Shown one piece after another: positions 54,851-64,000 of a stretch of DNA of 64,000 bases. Position 1 is the stretch's first letter. The number at the start of each line of letters is the position of its first letter. This DNA is from an uncultured bacterium (lineage in GTDB: Bacteria > Hydrothermota > UBA3073 > NMUJ01 > CBEVQO01). The DNA is taken from the NCBI GenBank assembly GCA_965552055.1, contig CBEVQO010000005.1, positions 79,597 through 143,596 of the forward strand, in the 5' to 3' direction. The notes under the pieces are model-generated. The model had not been told where the DNA came from. It did not search any database and saw nothing but the letters and a program-made list of their open reading frames with translations. Both the position numbers and the translations under genes were made by a program.

Positions 54851-55653
54851 TTTATAAAATATACAAGGATTTTATAAAATTTCTGGAGAAAATAAAAGAG
54901 AGAGAAGGCAATAAATTAGAGTTTTACAGAAAATATTATCTTGATAAACATTTTGAGTTTTTGATGGCATACTGGAAAAGTATGTTTTCGTATTCGCCGG
55001 AGAAATGGCTGTATGAAAGAGTTAATCAGATAAAATATCGGGATTATAAATTTTTAATCGTAAATGTAAAAGAAAATCCACCTGAATTTATAGTAGAGGA
55101 TACATTGAGGCTGTGTCGGAAAGTGTCGCTTTTTGATAAATTGCCCGATGTCTATTTATTTGTGGGCTTTTTCTCATCCGATGGTGCTACTTTTTTCTTT
55201 AAAGATTCACCTGTTATAGCAATTGGTCTTGAGCGCTTTTTTGATTTTGCGGATATGAAATATGTAGTGGCACATGAATATGGACATTTCTGGTTTTTAA
55301 GTTTATGTAAAATGGAAACAAAATATCTCTGGCAAAAGATTTTAAAAGAAGGACTTGCATTTTACTTTACAAAATGCGTATTTAAGAATTCTCCTCTTTA
55401 CAAAATATTATTGATGCACAGAAGGAAAATTAATGCTTGCATTTCTCAGGAAAGCATTATAATAAATTATGTGAAAGGGAATTTTTATAAAAAATTTGAT
55501 GGAAGTTACGAGAGGGAGATTAATTATTTGAGTTATAAATTGATTTATGATGTTGCGAAGAAATTCTCTTTTGATGTTAGAAGTTTGTTTTACGAGGCAT
55601 CGGAGAGAGGGGAGCTGCTTTTAAAGGAGGGTTTGTGCCTTTTGAGCAGGTAG
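54847..55653 (+). CDS. Hypothetical protein with HExxH motif (putative zinc-dependent peptidase, DUF2268-like)
   Basis: VVAHEYGHFWF. Confidence 0.4.
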   Translation: MIYKIYKDFIKFLEKIKEREGNKLEFYRKYYLDKHFEFLMAYWKSMFSYSPEKWLYERVNQIKYRDYKFLIVNVKENPPEFIVEDTLRLCRKVSLFDKLPDVYLFVGFFSSDGATFFFKDSPVIAIGLERFFDFADMKYVVAHEYGHFWFLSLCKMETKYLWQKILKEGLAFYFTKCVFKNSPLYKILLMHRRKINACISQESIIINYVKGNFYKKFDGSYEREINYLSYKLIYDVAKKFSFDVRSLFYEASERGELLLKEGLCLLSR

Positions 55654-56042
55654 CACATACTGCTGACCTTGCTCTGAAAATATGGGCTGATGACCTTAAA
55701 AGTTTATTCTGCGAAGCCGGAAAAGCGTTGTTTGCGACGATTACAGATATTAATAAAATAAAAAAAGAAGAGAAGACAGAAATTGAAATAAAAGCAGAGG
55801 GATATGAGAATCTATTGCACGATTTTCTCGAAGAATTAATCTTTTATTTTGATGCACGATATAAATTATTTTGTGACTTTGAAGTGCTTGAACTTACGCC
55901 GAATTATTTAAAGATAAGGTGCTGGGGTGAGAGCATAAAAGGACATAAAATAGAAAAGTGCGTAAAGGCAGCAACTTATCATGAGTTTGAAATCAAAAAG
56001 GAAAATGGTAAATACATTACAACAATCATATTTGATGTGTAA
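55635..56042 (+). CDS. Archease
   Basis: FEQVAHTADLALKIWADDLKSLFCEAGKALFATI matches the archease N-terminal HTAD signature. GTG start after the AAAGGAGGG ribosome-binding site. Confidence 0.8.
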   Translation: MPFEQVAHTADLALKIWADDLKSLFCEAGKALFATITDINKIKKEEKTEIEIKAEGYENLLHDFLEELIFYFDARYKLFCDFEVLELTPNYLKIRCWGESIKGHKIEKCVKAATYHEFEIKKENGKYITTIIFDV

Positions 56043-56691
56043 TTGGAATTTGTCACCGCGAGATGCTGTAGAATTTCAAAAGAAATTATCGCGAAAAGTG
56101 AAGATAACAAAATATCAAGGTAAACTGGAATTAGTTGCAGGTTGTGATGTATCTTTTTTGCGCGATTTGGGCTGCGCAGCTGTCGTTGTGATGAAATTAC
56201 CGGAATTCGAAATAGTTGAAAAAGAGATTTTTATCGATTTTGTGGAATATCCCTATATTCCTGGATTGCTTGCTTTTAGAGAAGGTCCCCTTTTGTTGCA
56301 GGCAATTAATAAGCTGAAAATAAAGCCGGATATTTTTATTTTTGACGGACAGGGTATTGCCCATCCAAGAGGTCTGGGAATTGCTTCTCACATGGGTGTG
56401 TTATTAGATATTCCTACAATTGGATGTGCGAAATCGATTTTGATAGGAAAATACCAAAATTTGGGGAACAAAAAAGGAGATTTTTCGCCTTTGATTTATC
56501 GAGGCAAGATCGTGGGATACGCTTTGAGAACGAGAGAAAATGTGAAGCCTGTTTTCGTTTCACCCGGTAATCTTTGTAATTTTGAAGATGCAAGGGAAAT
56601 CGTCCTGAAGTGTTGTAAAAAATACAGATTGCCCGAGCCTTTAAGACAGGCACATATCGAGAGTAATGCACATATACAGGAGGGGGTATGA
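56035..56691 (+). CDS. nfi: Endonuclease V
   Basis: LVAGCDVSF, YIPGLLAFREGPLLL, IFDGQGIAHPRGLGIASHMGVLLDIPTIGCAKS. Start at the ATG overlapping the archease stop (ATGTGTAA) chosen by length comparison with characterised EndoV. The ORF-track start is 55981. Confidence 0.85.
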   Translation: MCNWNLSPRDAVEFQKKLSRKVKITKYQGKLELVAGCDVSFLRDLGCAAVVVMKLPEFEIVEKEIFIDFVEYPYIPGLLAFREGPLLLQAINKLKIKPDIFIFDGQGIAHPRGLGIASHMGVLLDIPTIGCAKSILIGKYQNLGNKKGDFSPLIYRGKIVGYALRTRENVKPVFVSPGNLCNFEDAREIVLKCCKKYRLPEPLRQAHIESNAHIQEGV

Positions 56692-57569
56692 AAGCATTTG
56701 TTTTTCCGGGTCAGGGTGCGCAATTTGTAGGTATGGGAAAAGACCTTTATGAAAAATATGAAAAGGTAAAAGAAATATTTGACAAAGCAGTGGAAATACT
56801 GGGTTACGATATTAGAAAACTATGTTTTGAAGGTCCGGAAGATGAATTGACTAACACTCGCAATGCTCAACCAGCAATTTTTCTGCATTCATCTGCTATG
56901 CTGCAATTGATAAATGAAAAGCCCGATATTACAGCGGGTCATAGTTTGGGTGAATATACAGCGCTTTATTGTGCGGGAGTATTTGATTTTGAGACAGCAT
57001 TAAAAGTGGTGGCAAAAAGAGGTGAATTGATGGCTAAAGCAGGAGAAAAGGCAAAAGGAAAAATGTCGGCAGTGATAGGTCTTTCAATAGAAAAAATCGA
57101 AAAAATACTGAGTGATTTATCAAAAAAGGGAGTGATTTTGATAGCGAATTATAACTCGCCGCAACAGGTGGTAATAAGTGGTGAAGAAAAGTTAATTGAA
57201 GAAGCAAATGAGATTTTAAAGAAAGAGGGAGCAAAAAGAGTAATTCCTTTAAAAGTGAGCGCAGCATTTCATAGCCCTTTGATGGATGAAGCAGGTAGGG
57301 AATTTGCACAATTTCTTGATAGGGTAGAATTTAGGGAGCCTGAAATTCCCGTTGTGCCAAATGCTACTGCAAAAGTTACAAAAGATGTAAAAGAAATAAA
57401 AGATGCGTTGAAAAAACAAATGACATCAAAGGTATTATGGATACAGTCTGTGGAAGAGATGATAAAATGGGGTGTGAAAAAGTTCTGTGAAATAGGTCCT
57501 GGTAGAGTTTTAACGGGATTGATAAAAAAGATAGCGCCAGAGGTAGAAGTAGAAAAGATTGAGCTATGA
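56688..57569 (+). CDS. fabD: Malonyl-CoA:ACP transacylase
   Basis: AFVFPGQGAQFVGMG and the GHSLGEYTAL active-site motif. Confidence 0.9.
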   Translation: MKAFVFPGQGAQFVGMGKDLYEKYEKVKEIFDKAVEILGYDIRKLCFEGPEDELTNTRNAQPAIFLHSSAMLQLINEKPDITAGHSLGEYTALYCAGVFDFETALKVVAKRGELMAKAGEKAKGKMSAVIGLSIEKIEKILSDLSKKGVILIANYNSPQQVVISGEEKLIEEANEILKKEGAKRVIPLKVSAAFHSPLMDEAGREFAQFLDRVEFREPEIPVVPNATAKVTKDVKEIKDALKKQMTSKVLWIQSVEEMIKWGVKKFCEIGPGRVLTGLIKKIAPEVEVEKIEL

Positions 57570-60500
57570 TTTTGTTTTTATTACTTCAATATAAATTAGT
57601 GTGGTGTGATAGTGTAAATTTCAGCAATTATGATAGAGCCTTTGCAATAAAATTTAGAGGAAGCGAAATACTCGTTGCGGGATACGGTGTTATAAATCTT
57701 GCATATCGTGGAGTTATTTTACATTACGATAAATCCGGGAATTTGTTAAGAATAGATACAATTTACACGGGTGCAGCTACTTACATTTATGACATGGATG
57801 TAAAGCAGGATAAGATAATTCTTGCAGGACAGAGAGGTATAGGTTCATCCGGTGATTTACTCATTGTAAGAATGGATACTTTAGGTGATACTCTCTGGAC
57901 AAAATGTGTTGATAAATTTGGAGATGCAGAAAGAGGCAACGGAATATTTTATGCGAATAATGACACTTTTGTTGTAACAGGTTATGCAAAACTTAATGCC
58001 AATAATTATTTTTACACTTTAATGTTAATGGATACTGCTATCATATGGCAAAATAGCGATTATTTAGGACAGGGAGAAGATGTGATTTATACTAATGCTG
58101 GAGTTTTTGCATGTGGAGTAGGAGAGTTGTCTTCAAGTGAGGCATTTTTACTTTTAAAATATAATTTCACAGGTAATATTGTAAATATAGATACAATTGA
58201 TTTCGCAGGAGATGAAGGAGCATATTCTTTGATAAAAGAAAATCAAATTTATGTTACAGGATATGTTGTGCCTTCAGCAAATGCAGATTGCTATATTGTG
58301 AAATATAATTTTAATTGCGATACTATATGGACAGGGAAATTTGCTAAAGGCGGTGGAGATTATGGGTATTCTGTATTTTGTAAAAATGGCTATGTATATG
58401 TAGCAGGTATGACACAGACAGCAACAAGGGGAAATGATATTCTCATTTTGCAATACGATACTCTTGGTAATTTGATGTATTGTGATTCAATCGATTTAGG
58501 GACGGATGAAGAGGCGCACGGTATAATAGTTGACGATTCGCTAAATGTTTACATTTGCGGATATAAAGGCGGGGTTAATACAGATATTTTTGTGCTGAAA
58601 CTGATGCCGGTAGCTGACATTGAATTGTCAGATACTTTTCGTGACTTTGGCAATGTAAAAGTTGGTGATACAGTAAGATGGCAATATCTTATCATTAAAA
58701 ATACAGGTTTTAAGTGTTTAACAATAGATAGTATAAAAGTGGATTTTCCGTATTTTGTGGATATTTCTCAAATTGCGATATCACCTTCTGATAGTGTACT
58801 ACTTACAGTTTCTTTTTCACCAAAGGATTCGGGAGTTGTTGAGAAATTGTTGAAAATATATTCAAATGACCCAGATGAGCCTATAAGTACAGTAAGATTA
58901 AAAGGAGGAGGGTTAAAGCCGGGAATCTCTCTTTCCGATACTATTTTGGATTTTGGACAAGTTTTAAAAGGCGATACATCAACGAAAATACTTGTCATAA
59001 AAAATGCAGGCAATGATACTCTTTTTGTAGATAGTATGAAAATAGAAGGAAATTATTTTTCTGCGAAGTTACAATCTTTTTATTTGTTACCTGCTCAAAC
59101 TTACAATGAAACACTTTATTTTATTCCCCAAGATACAGGCGAATTTACAGGTACATTTTACATATACTCAAATGACCCCGATAAGCATGTATCTTATGTT
59201 GATTTAATGGGAAAAGGAATTAAACCGATTTTAATAATATCCCAACGAAATATAGATTTTGGAAATGTTGACCTAAAAGACACAGTGATGTCGCAAATTT
59301 GTCTCAAAAATGCAGGGAACGCGAATCTCATTATAGATAGTGTTAAAAATGAATTAGAGTGTTTCTGGTTTAGCCAGATTTCTGGATGCACTTTGACACC
59401 AAAAGATTCTACCCTTTTAAACATTTATTTTAGTCCGAAAGATTCCGGTGAATTTTCAGATACTTTAAAAATTTACTCTACCGATATTGATAGTCCTTTG
59501 AAATTTGTCTCAATTTTTGGAATGAGCATTTTGCCTTATATTTTGCTTTCGCAGAATTTTTATGATTTTGGTCAAATCTTTATAGGTGATAGTGCTGAAT
59601 TTTCGTTTTACATAAAAAACATAGGTTCTGCAACTCTTATCATTGACAGTATTGCTGGAGAAGAAAATTCGTTTAAAGTATTGCTACAGGATAGTACGAT
59701 AAGGAGAGAAGATAGTGCTTTATGTGTTATTAAATTTATTCCTCAACGAATGGGAGAGATTTCAGAATCAATCTGTTTTTATTCGAACGACCAGAAAAGA
59801 GTCAAAGTTTATTTTTATGCTACAGGTACGGGATTGTGGGCGGATATTGAAGTTGGGGATACCACACTGGATTTTGGTGTAATCGCAATAAATGATACCT
59901 TTGAGAAAGAGATAATGGTGTATAATCAGGGAAATTACAGGATAAAGATAGATAGTGTGATTTTGAGAGATTCGGTATTCTGGCTCACTTCTTTTCCAGA
60001 GAGTATTGCGGGGTTTGACACTGTTTATCTCAAAGTATATTTTGCACCCAAAGATAGCATTGAATATACAGGGAAGTTATACATTTATTCGGATGATGAA
60101 GATGAAGGAATTTTAAGCGTAGCGCTGAAAGGAAAAGGAGGTTTACCTGAAATAAAGGTTTACCCTGATTTCTTAGATTTTGGAGAAGTAAATTTAAAAG
60201 ATACAGCGGATACCCATATTGTGATAAAGAATGAAGGAGATGCATTACTTGAAATAACAAAAATGACCTTTACGGATACCAGCTTCTGGACACTATCTTC
60301 TTTTCCTCTATATATTTCTGGCAGTGATAGTATTCTTTTGGGGATTTATTATAATCCCAAAGATACTTCTTCTGTGCTTTGCACACTTTATATTTACTCA
60401 AACGATAAAGAAAATGCAGTTCTCACCCCTATATTGAAAGGTAAAGGCACGATATTAAAAATTGAAGAAATATCACCTGTTTATAATTTTGTAGAGATAA

Positions 60501-60724
60501 AACCGAATCCGGCAAAAAATAAAATAACTATTTATTTTGAAAAAGAAGTTAAAGTTGATATTGGAATCTTTGATATTTGTGGAAGAAGTGTTAAAAATTA
60601 TAAAGGGGAATTTAAGAGGCTTGATATCGATTTGAAAGAGTTTAAATCGGGTATTTATTTTGTGAGATGTGAGATTGAGGGGAAGAGATTCGGTTTTAAG
60701 TTTTTGAAGATGGGGGCAGAATGA
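57566..60724 (+). CDS. Large secreted protein: N-terminal beta-propeller-like region, ~6 choice-of-anchor-D-like repeats, C-terminal T9SS sorting domain
   Basis: Recurrent DFG.V..GDT...L.IKN.G...L.IDS...YSNDPDE units as in the first CDS. C-terminal KPNPAKNKITIYF...GIYFVRCEIEGKRFGFKFLKMGAE. Confidence 0.8.
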   Translation: MILFLLLQYKLVWCDSVNFSNYDRAFAIKFRGSEILVAGYGVINLAYRGVILHYDKSGNLLRIDTIYTGAATYIYDMDVKQDKIILAGQRGIGSSGDLLIVRMDTLGDTLWTKCVDKFGDAERGNGIFYANNDTFVVTGYAKLNANNYFYTLMLMDTAIIWQNSDYLGQGEDVIYTNAGVFACGVGELSSSEAFLLLKYNFTGNIVNIDTIDFAGDEGAYSLIKENQIYVTGYVVPSANADCYIVKYNFNCDTIWTGKFAKGGGDYGYSVFCKNGYVYVAGMTQTATRGNDILILQYDTLGNLMYCDSIDLGTDEEAHGIIVDDSLNVYICGYKGGVNTDIFVLKLMPVADIELSDTFRDFGNVKVGDTVRWQYLIIKNTGFKCLTIDSIKVDFPYFVDISQIAISPSDSVLLTVSFSPKDSGVVEKLLKIYSNDPDEPISTVRLKGGGLKPGISLSDTILDFGQVLKGDTSTKILVIKNAGNDTLFVDSMKIEGNYFSAKLQSFYLLPAQTYNETLYFIPQDTGEFTGTFYIYSNDPDKHVSYVDLMGKGIKPILIISQRNIDFGNVDLKDTVMSQICLKNAGNANLIIDSVKNELECFWFSQISGCTLTPKDSTLLNIYFSPKDSGEFSDTLKIYSTDIDSPLKFVSIFGMSILPYILLSQNFYDFGQIFIGDSAEFSFYIKNIGSATLIIDSIAGEENSFKVLLQDSTIRREDSALCVIKFIPQRMGEISESICFYSNDQKRVKVYFYATGTGLWADIEVGDTTLDFGVIAINDTFEKEIMVYNQGNYRIKIDSVILRDSVFWLTSFPESIAGFDTVYLKVYFAPKDSIEYTGKLYIYSDDEDEGILSVALKGKGGLPEIKVYPDFLDFGEVNLKDTADTHIVIKNEGDALLEITKMTFTDTSFWTLSSFPLYISGSDSILLGIYYNPKDTSSVLCTLYIYSNDKENAVLTPILKGKGTILKIEEISPVYNFVEIKPNPAKNKITIYFEKEVKVDIGIFDICGRSVKNYKGEFKRLDIDLKEFKSGIYFVRCEIEGKRFGFKFLKMGAE

Positions 60725-61803
60725 AAGAGATGGTTGTGGCTGTTCCCAATATGGGTCCTCTGGCGATAGTTGCCCGTGGTATTTTTAAGTCACTTGGTAT
60801 ACCGATAGTTACTGTGCCAAGAATTACTCGTGAGATGATAGAACGCGGAGTCAAATATTCACCTGAATTTGCGTGTTTTCCTTTAAAGGCAGTGCTTGGC
60901 AATTTTATGAAAGCAGCAGAGATGGGTGCAACTCACCTCTTGATATTCGGTGGAGGAGGACCCTGTAGATTCGGATTATATGGAGTAACTCTTGACTATA
61001 TACTCAAAGATTTGGGATACGATGCAAAGGTTCTGATCTTTGATACGATAAGAGAAGAATGGAGCAAAGAGATGTATAAAGAAATAGGATTTCTGGACCA
61101 TAGATTAAAGATAAAAAATATGGCAAGAGCTTTATTTGTTGGATATTATAAGCTGAGGCTTGCGGAATATGCTGAGAAACTTGCAGGAGAATATAGGGCA
61201 TATCAGGTGGAGAAAGGTGCAGTTGATAGAGTATTGAAGGAAGCTTATCAGATGATAGATGAAGAATTTTCAATTCACAGACTTATGAAGATGAAGAAAA
61301 AAATAAAAGAAATGTTCGATAAAGTGGAAAAAGATATGAGCAGAGAAGTTGTAAGAGTCGGGATAGTAGGTGAGATTTATATGACAGTGGAGCCCACCAT
61401 GAATCTTGAACTGGAACGCAGGCTCGGGGAATTAGGAGCAGTATGCGATAGGAATATAACAGCCTGGAACTATGTGACAGAGACCTTAAAATTAAATAGA
61501 AAATATAAATATGTGCAAAAACTTGCGAAACCTTATTTGAAGTATCATGCAGGCGGTAAGAGCAGTTATTCGGTTGGTTTTACAATAGATTATGCATTAA
61601 AGGGCTATGATGGAGTTGTACATATAATGCCTTTCGGCTGTATGCCAGAAATTATAGCACAGTCAATAATAAATAAAGTTTCAAAAGATTATAATATACC
61701 TGTGCTCGAAGTGGTACTCGATGAGCATGTAGCGGAAGCAGGTTTGCAAACAAGATTAGAGGCTTTTGTTGATTTACTTTTTAAAAGAAAAATTAAAAGG
61801 TGA
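60721..61803 (+). CDS. DUF2229-family protein (acyl-CoA dehydratase activase-related domain)
   Basis: VAVPNMGPLAIVARGIFKSLG...YSPEFACFPLKAVLGNF resembles the standalone DUF2229 proteins (IGIPRAL...VDEACLPVK). Confidence 0.5.
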   Translation: MKEMVVAVPNMGPLAIVARGIFKSLGIPIVTVPRITREMIERGVKYSPEFACFPLKAVLGNFMKAAEMGATHLLIFGGGGPCRFGLYGVTLDYILKDLGYDAKVLIFDTIREEWSKEMYKEIGFLDHRLKIKNMARALFVGYYKLRLAEYAEKLAGEYRAYQVEKGAVDRVLKEAYQMIDEEFSIHRLMKMKKKIKEMFDKVEKDMSREVVRVGIVGEIYMTVEPTMNLELERRLGELGAVCDRNITAWNYVTETLKLNRKYKYVQKLAKPYLKYHAGGKSSYSVGFTIDYALKGYDGVVHIMPFGCMPEIIAQSIINKVSKDYNIPVLEVVLDEHVAEAGLQTRLEAFVDLLFKRKIKR

Positions 61804-64000
61804 TTCTGAGCGCCATAATACTGTGGCATCAGTTAAATACACAAAATTATGTAGTTTTATATCCCGGGGATTATGAAAAAATAGCAATTCAGGTAGCAAA
61901 ATATCTGGAGACATACAGAATGAAAGTGAAAGAAATAACAGGCGTTAAAAATGAGAAGTTAATCTGTGTGATTGAAGATATGGGGCTTTTTTCTAATGGT
62001 TTTGCTTTACCTCCTTTAAATACAATTCATATTTTTACCGGTATTCCTTCTTCTGATCCTCATTTTGATGTAAGGTCGTGGTTTCGCATTGTTACCCTTC
62101 ATGAGCAAACTCACTGTGCACATATGAGAAATTATACGGGTCTTTCTTTGATTTTTAGATTGCTTTTCGGTGAAATTATGTCGGGGAATATGTGGGTGCC
62201 TAACTGGATTGTAGAAGGTGTGACAGTTTATACTGAATCGCAGATAGATAAATATGATGGTAGATTGAACACAGGATACTATAACGCATATTTACTCTGT
62301 TGTGCGGCACATAGAAAAATTCCGGGCTTAGCATCTATCGCAAATAATATAGCAAGATATCCGTATTATACTCAACATTATTTATTTGGCGGAGAATTTA
62401 CACAATATCTCGCAATAAAAGGACATTTGTCTTCGCTTTATAATGATTTGTCATTGTTTTTCTTTCCATGGATAAATATTGAGCTTTCCTTTTTTGTAAA
62501 TTATTTAAATTTTCCGTTTCTGCTTGCCGAAAGATGGAGAAAAACATTATATCGAAAAGCAAAATGGGTAAAAAATGGTAAAACCTTACTAAAAACAAAT
62601 AGCGAGATAAAATTTTTGACTATATATGGTGATTATCTTTACTATGTGAAAAAAAGAGTAAATGCAAGTGCACCTCTGGAAATCGTAGAGGAAAGCGGTA
62701 TTTACAGGTTAAATCTGGAAAATAATATAGAAGAAAAGTTGATAAATGCGTTTGTAGAGATTCCTTTTAAAATAAAAGATGATAAAATTTATTATTGCGT
62801 TGATAAAATGAAAAGAGGTTATAAAAATATAACTGCATGGGGATATGGAGTTTACAGAAAATTAATTTCATACGATTTACAATCGGGTGAAAAGAAAAAA
62901 ATATATGAAGGAAATATAAGAAGTTATGAAGTTTTAAAATACGATAAAATTTTAATTTTTGAAGAAGATAGGTTATTACATACTTCGATTAAGTTGTTGG
63001 ATAATGGAAAGATTGAAACGATAGGAGAACTTGATGGAAAAATAATTCTTGAGAGTGTGCTTTTTGATAGTTTGATTTTTTGTGTTGTGCATGATGAAAA
63101 ATGGGGTAAAGATTTGTATGCTTTAGATTTAAAAGATATGGAAATAAAAAGGATAACGAAGACGCCTTTTTCGGAAATGTGCATTTCCAGATATGGTGAT
63201 CTATTAATCTTTGTAGCAAATAAGGATAATTTTTATAAAATTTATGGATATGATGTTAAAAGGAAAAGATTTTACGAGTTGCTATCCGAAACATTTTCGG
63301 CTTATCCTGTTGTATATAAAGATAAAATTTTTTATGTTACATTACATCCCGAAGGTGAAGAAATTTGTGTATCTTTATACACGAAAAAAGATATAGATTA
63401 TCCTGAATTTTCTGAAGAATATGGTATTCATCCAGAAGAATTTGCGGTTAAAAAGAGTTCCTGTTATGCAAATGAATTGAGATTTCTTTTGCCCGTATTC
63501 TATGTCTTGTTTCCGCCTTATGTGTTTTGTATTATAAGTGCTGATGCTTTCATGCAAAAAGCGTTGGGAGTATTTTACACCAGATACGAAGAAAATACTT
63601 ATATAAACAGCATTGGATATTGCATAATTAAGCCATTTATTGTGTTTGGAAATATAGAAAGGTATAATTTTGATTCGCAAAAGGAATTTGAGAGCTACGG
63701 GGCAGGTGTAAATTTAATCGCCAGATACAATATGGGATACGGAGAAAATTTGAGAATATATGGAATTAGAGTGCAATATGAGAAAGATACCCTTGATAAG
63801 GTAAAAATTGAAAAAGATGTTTTTGTGTTTTCAAATTTAAAAGGTTTTAACAATTACAAAAATTTAATGTTCGGAGTGTATCAGGTTGATGGTGATATTA
63901 AGGTGTATTTTGATTATTTACATGAGGAATATATAAGGTTTTTAAAGGCAGAGTATGGGGTGGGTATGGGATACTGGGGAAGTGGGTGGAGCTGTGAATA
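61800..64000 (+). CDS. Large hypothetical protein, 3' partial: HExxH-containing N-terminal domain, TolB-like beta-propeller-like repeats, aromatic-rich C-terminal region
   Basis: The frame starting at the GTG at 61800 (or the ATG at 61919) stays open to the window end, so the track, which seems to list only ORFs that end in a stop, omits it. It contains LHEQTHCAHM (HExxH) and repeated YGDYLYYV / DDKIYYCV / GDLLIFVANKDNFYKIYGYD / KDKIFYVTLHPEGE blades. Confidence 0.5.
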   Translation, partial: MILSAIILWHQLNTQNYVVLYPGDYEKIAIQVAKYLETYRMKVKEITGVKNEKLICVIEDMGLFSNGFALPPLNTIHIFTGIPSSDPHFDVRSWFRIVTLHEQTHCAHMRNYTGLSLIFRLLFGEIMSGNMWVPNWIVEGVTVYTESQIDKYDGRLNTGYYNAYLLCCAAHRKIPGLASIANNIARYPYYTQHYLFGGEFTQYLAIKGHLSSLYNDLSLFFFPWINIELSFFVNYLNFPFLLAERWRKTLYRKAKWVKNGKTLLKTNSEIKFLTIYGDYLYYVKKRVNASAPLEIVEESGIYRLNLENNIEEKLINAFVEIPFKIKDDKIYYCVDKMKRGYKNITAWGYGVYRKLISYDLQSGEKKKIYEGNIRSYEVLKYDKILIFEEDRLLHTSIKLLDNGKIETIGELDGKIILESVLFDSLIFCVVHDEKWGKDLYALDLKDMEIKRITKTPFSEMCISRYGDLLIFVANKDNFYKIYGYDVKRKRFYELLSETFSAYPVVYKDKIFYVTLHPEGEEICVSLYTKKDIDYPEFSEEYGIHPEEFAVKKSSCYANELRFLLPVFYVLFPPYVFCIISADAFMQKALGVFYTRYEENTYINSIGYCIIKPFIVFGNIERYNFDSQKEFESYGAGVNLIARYNMGYGENLRIYGIRVQYEKDTLDKVKIEKDVFVFSNLKGFNNYKNLMFGVYQVDGDIKVYFDYLHEEYIRFLKAEYGVGMGYWGSGWSCE

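Overview
This is a 64 kb, AT-rich (about 35% GC) window from an uncultivated anaerobic bacterium. Gene density is high and almost everything is translationally coupled. I found no rRNA, tRNA, CRISPR array, integrase or transposase.

The centre of the window (about 11.9-33.9 kb) holds redox and hydrogenase genes in two blocks, separated by a 1003-aa surface protein gene (16104-19115):
(a) A degenerate, soluble formate-hydrogenlyase-like module (12.2-16.1 kb). It has a HydB-like subunit, a short molybdopterin-oxidoreductase-like protein, a HycB-like ferredoxin, a [NiFe] large-subunit homolog that has lost most of its Ni-Fe cysteine ligands, and a NuoI-like subunit.
(b) A complete-looking group-4 Mbh/Mrp-type membrane-bound [NiFe] hydrogenase operon (19.2-33.9 kb). 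It runs HydB/HydG-like, HycB-like ferredoxin, NuoH, NuoB, NuoC, NuoD (with an intact RxCGxC...DPCxxC ligand set), MrpA, B, C, D, E, F, G-like subunits, NuoI, and a HycI-type maturation protease. Embedded in this operon by ATGA or 8-nt start/stop overlaps are three paralogous retropepsin-like (D-T/S-G) small aspartic protease genes and four copies of a roughly 125-aa helical protein family. Three of those four copies form a tandem array of about 373 bp units, two of them identical over about 340 nt.

Two more copies of the same helical family lie elsewhere, in an operon with a NifU-like Fe-S scaffold gene.

Other content:
- Three large T9SS-sorted surface proteins (choice-of-anchor-D and beta-helix types).
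- A FeoAB/DUF72/thioredoxin block, SecD, ATP-dependent PEPCK, glutamate dehydrogenase, and a TldD/PmbA pair.
- An orphan beta-class DNA methyltransferase.
- An ABC-class ATPase (COG3044) paired with a PD-(D/E)xK nuclease-like gene.
- A GT4 plus YfhO-like glycosylation pair, archease, endonuclease V, and FabD.
- A family of three GC-rich intergenic repeats (one inverted), each directly upstream of a conserved TTGACA-N15-TATAAT promoter-like element.

Two real coding regions are missing from the supplied ORF track. One is a 56-aa Trm112-like gene (12057-12227). The other is an open reading frame of more than 730 aa running off the 3' end (61800 to beyond 64000).
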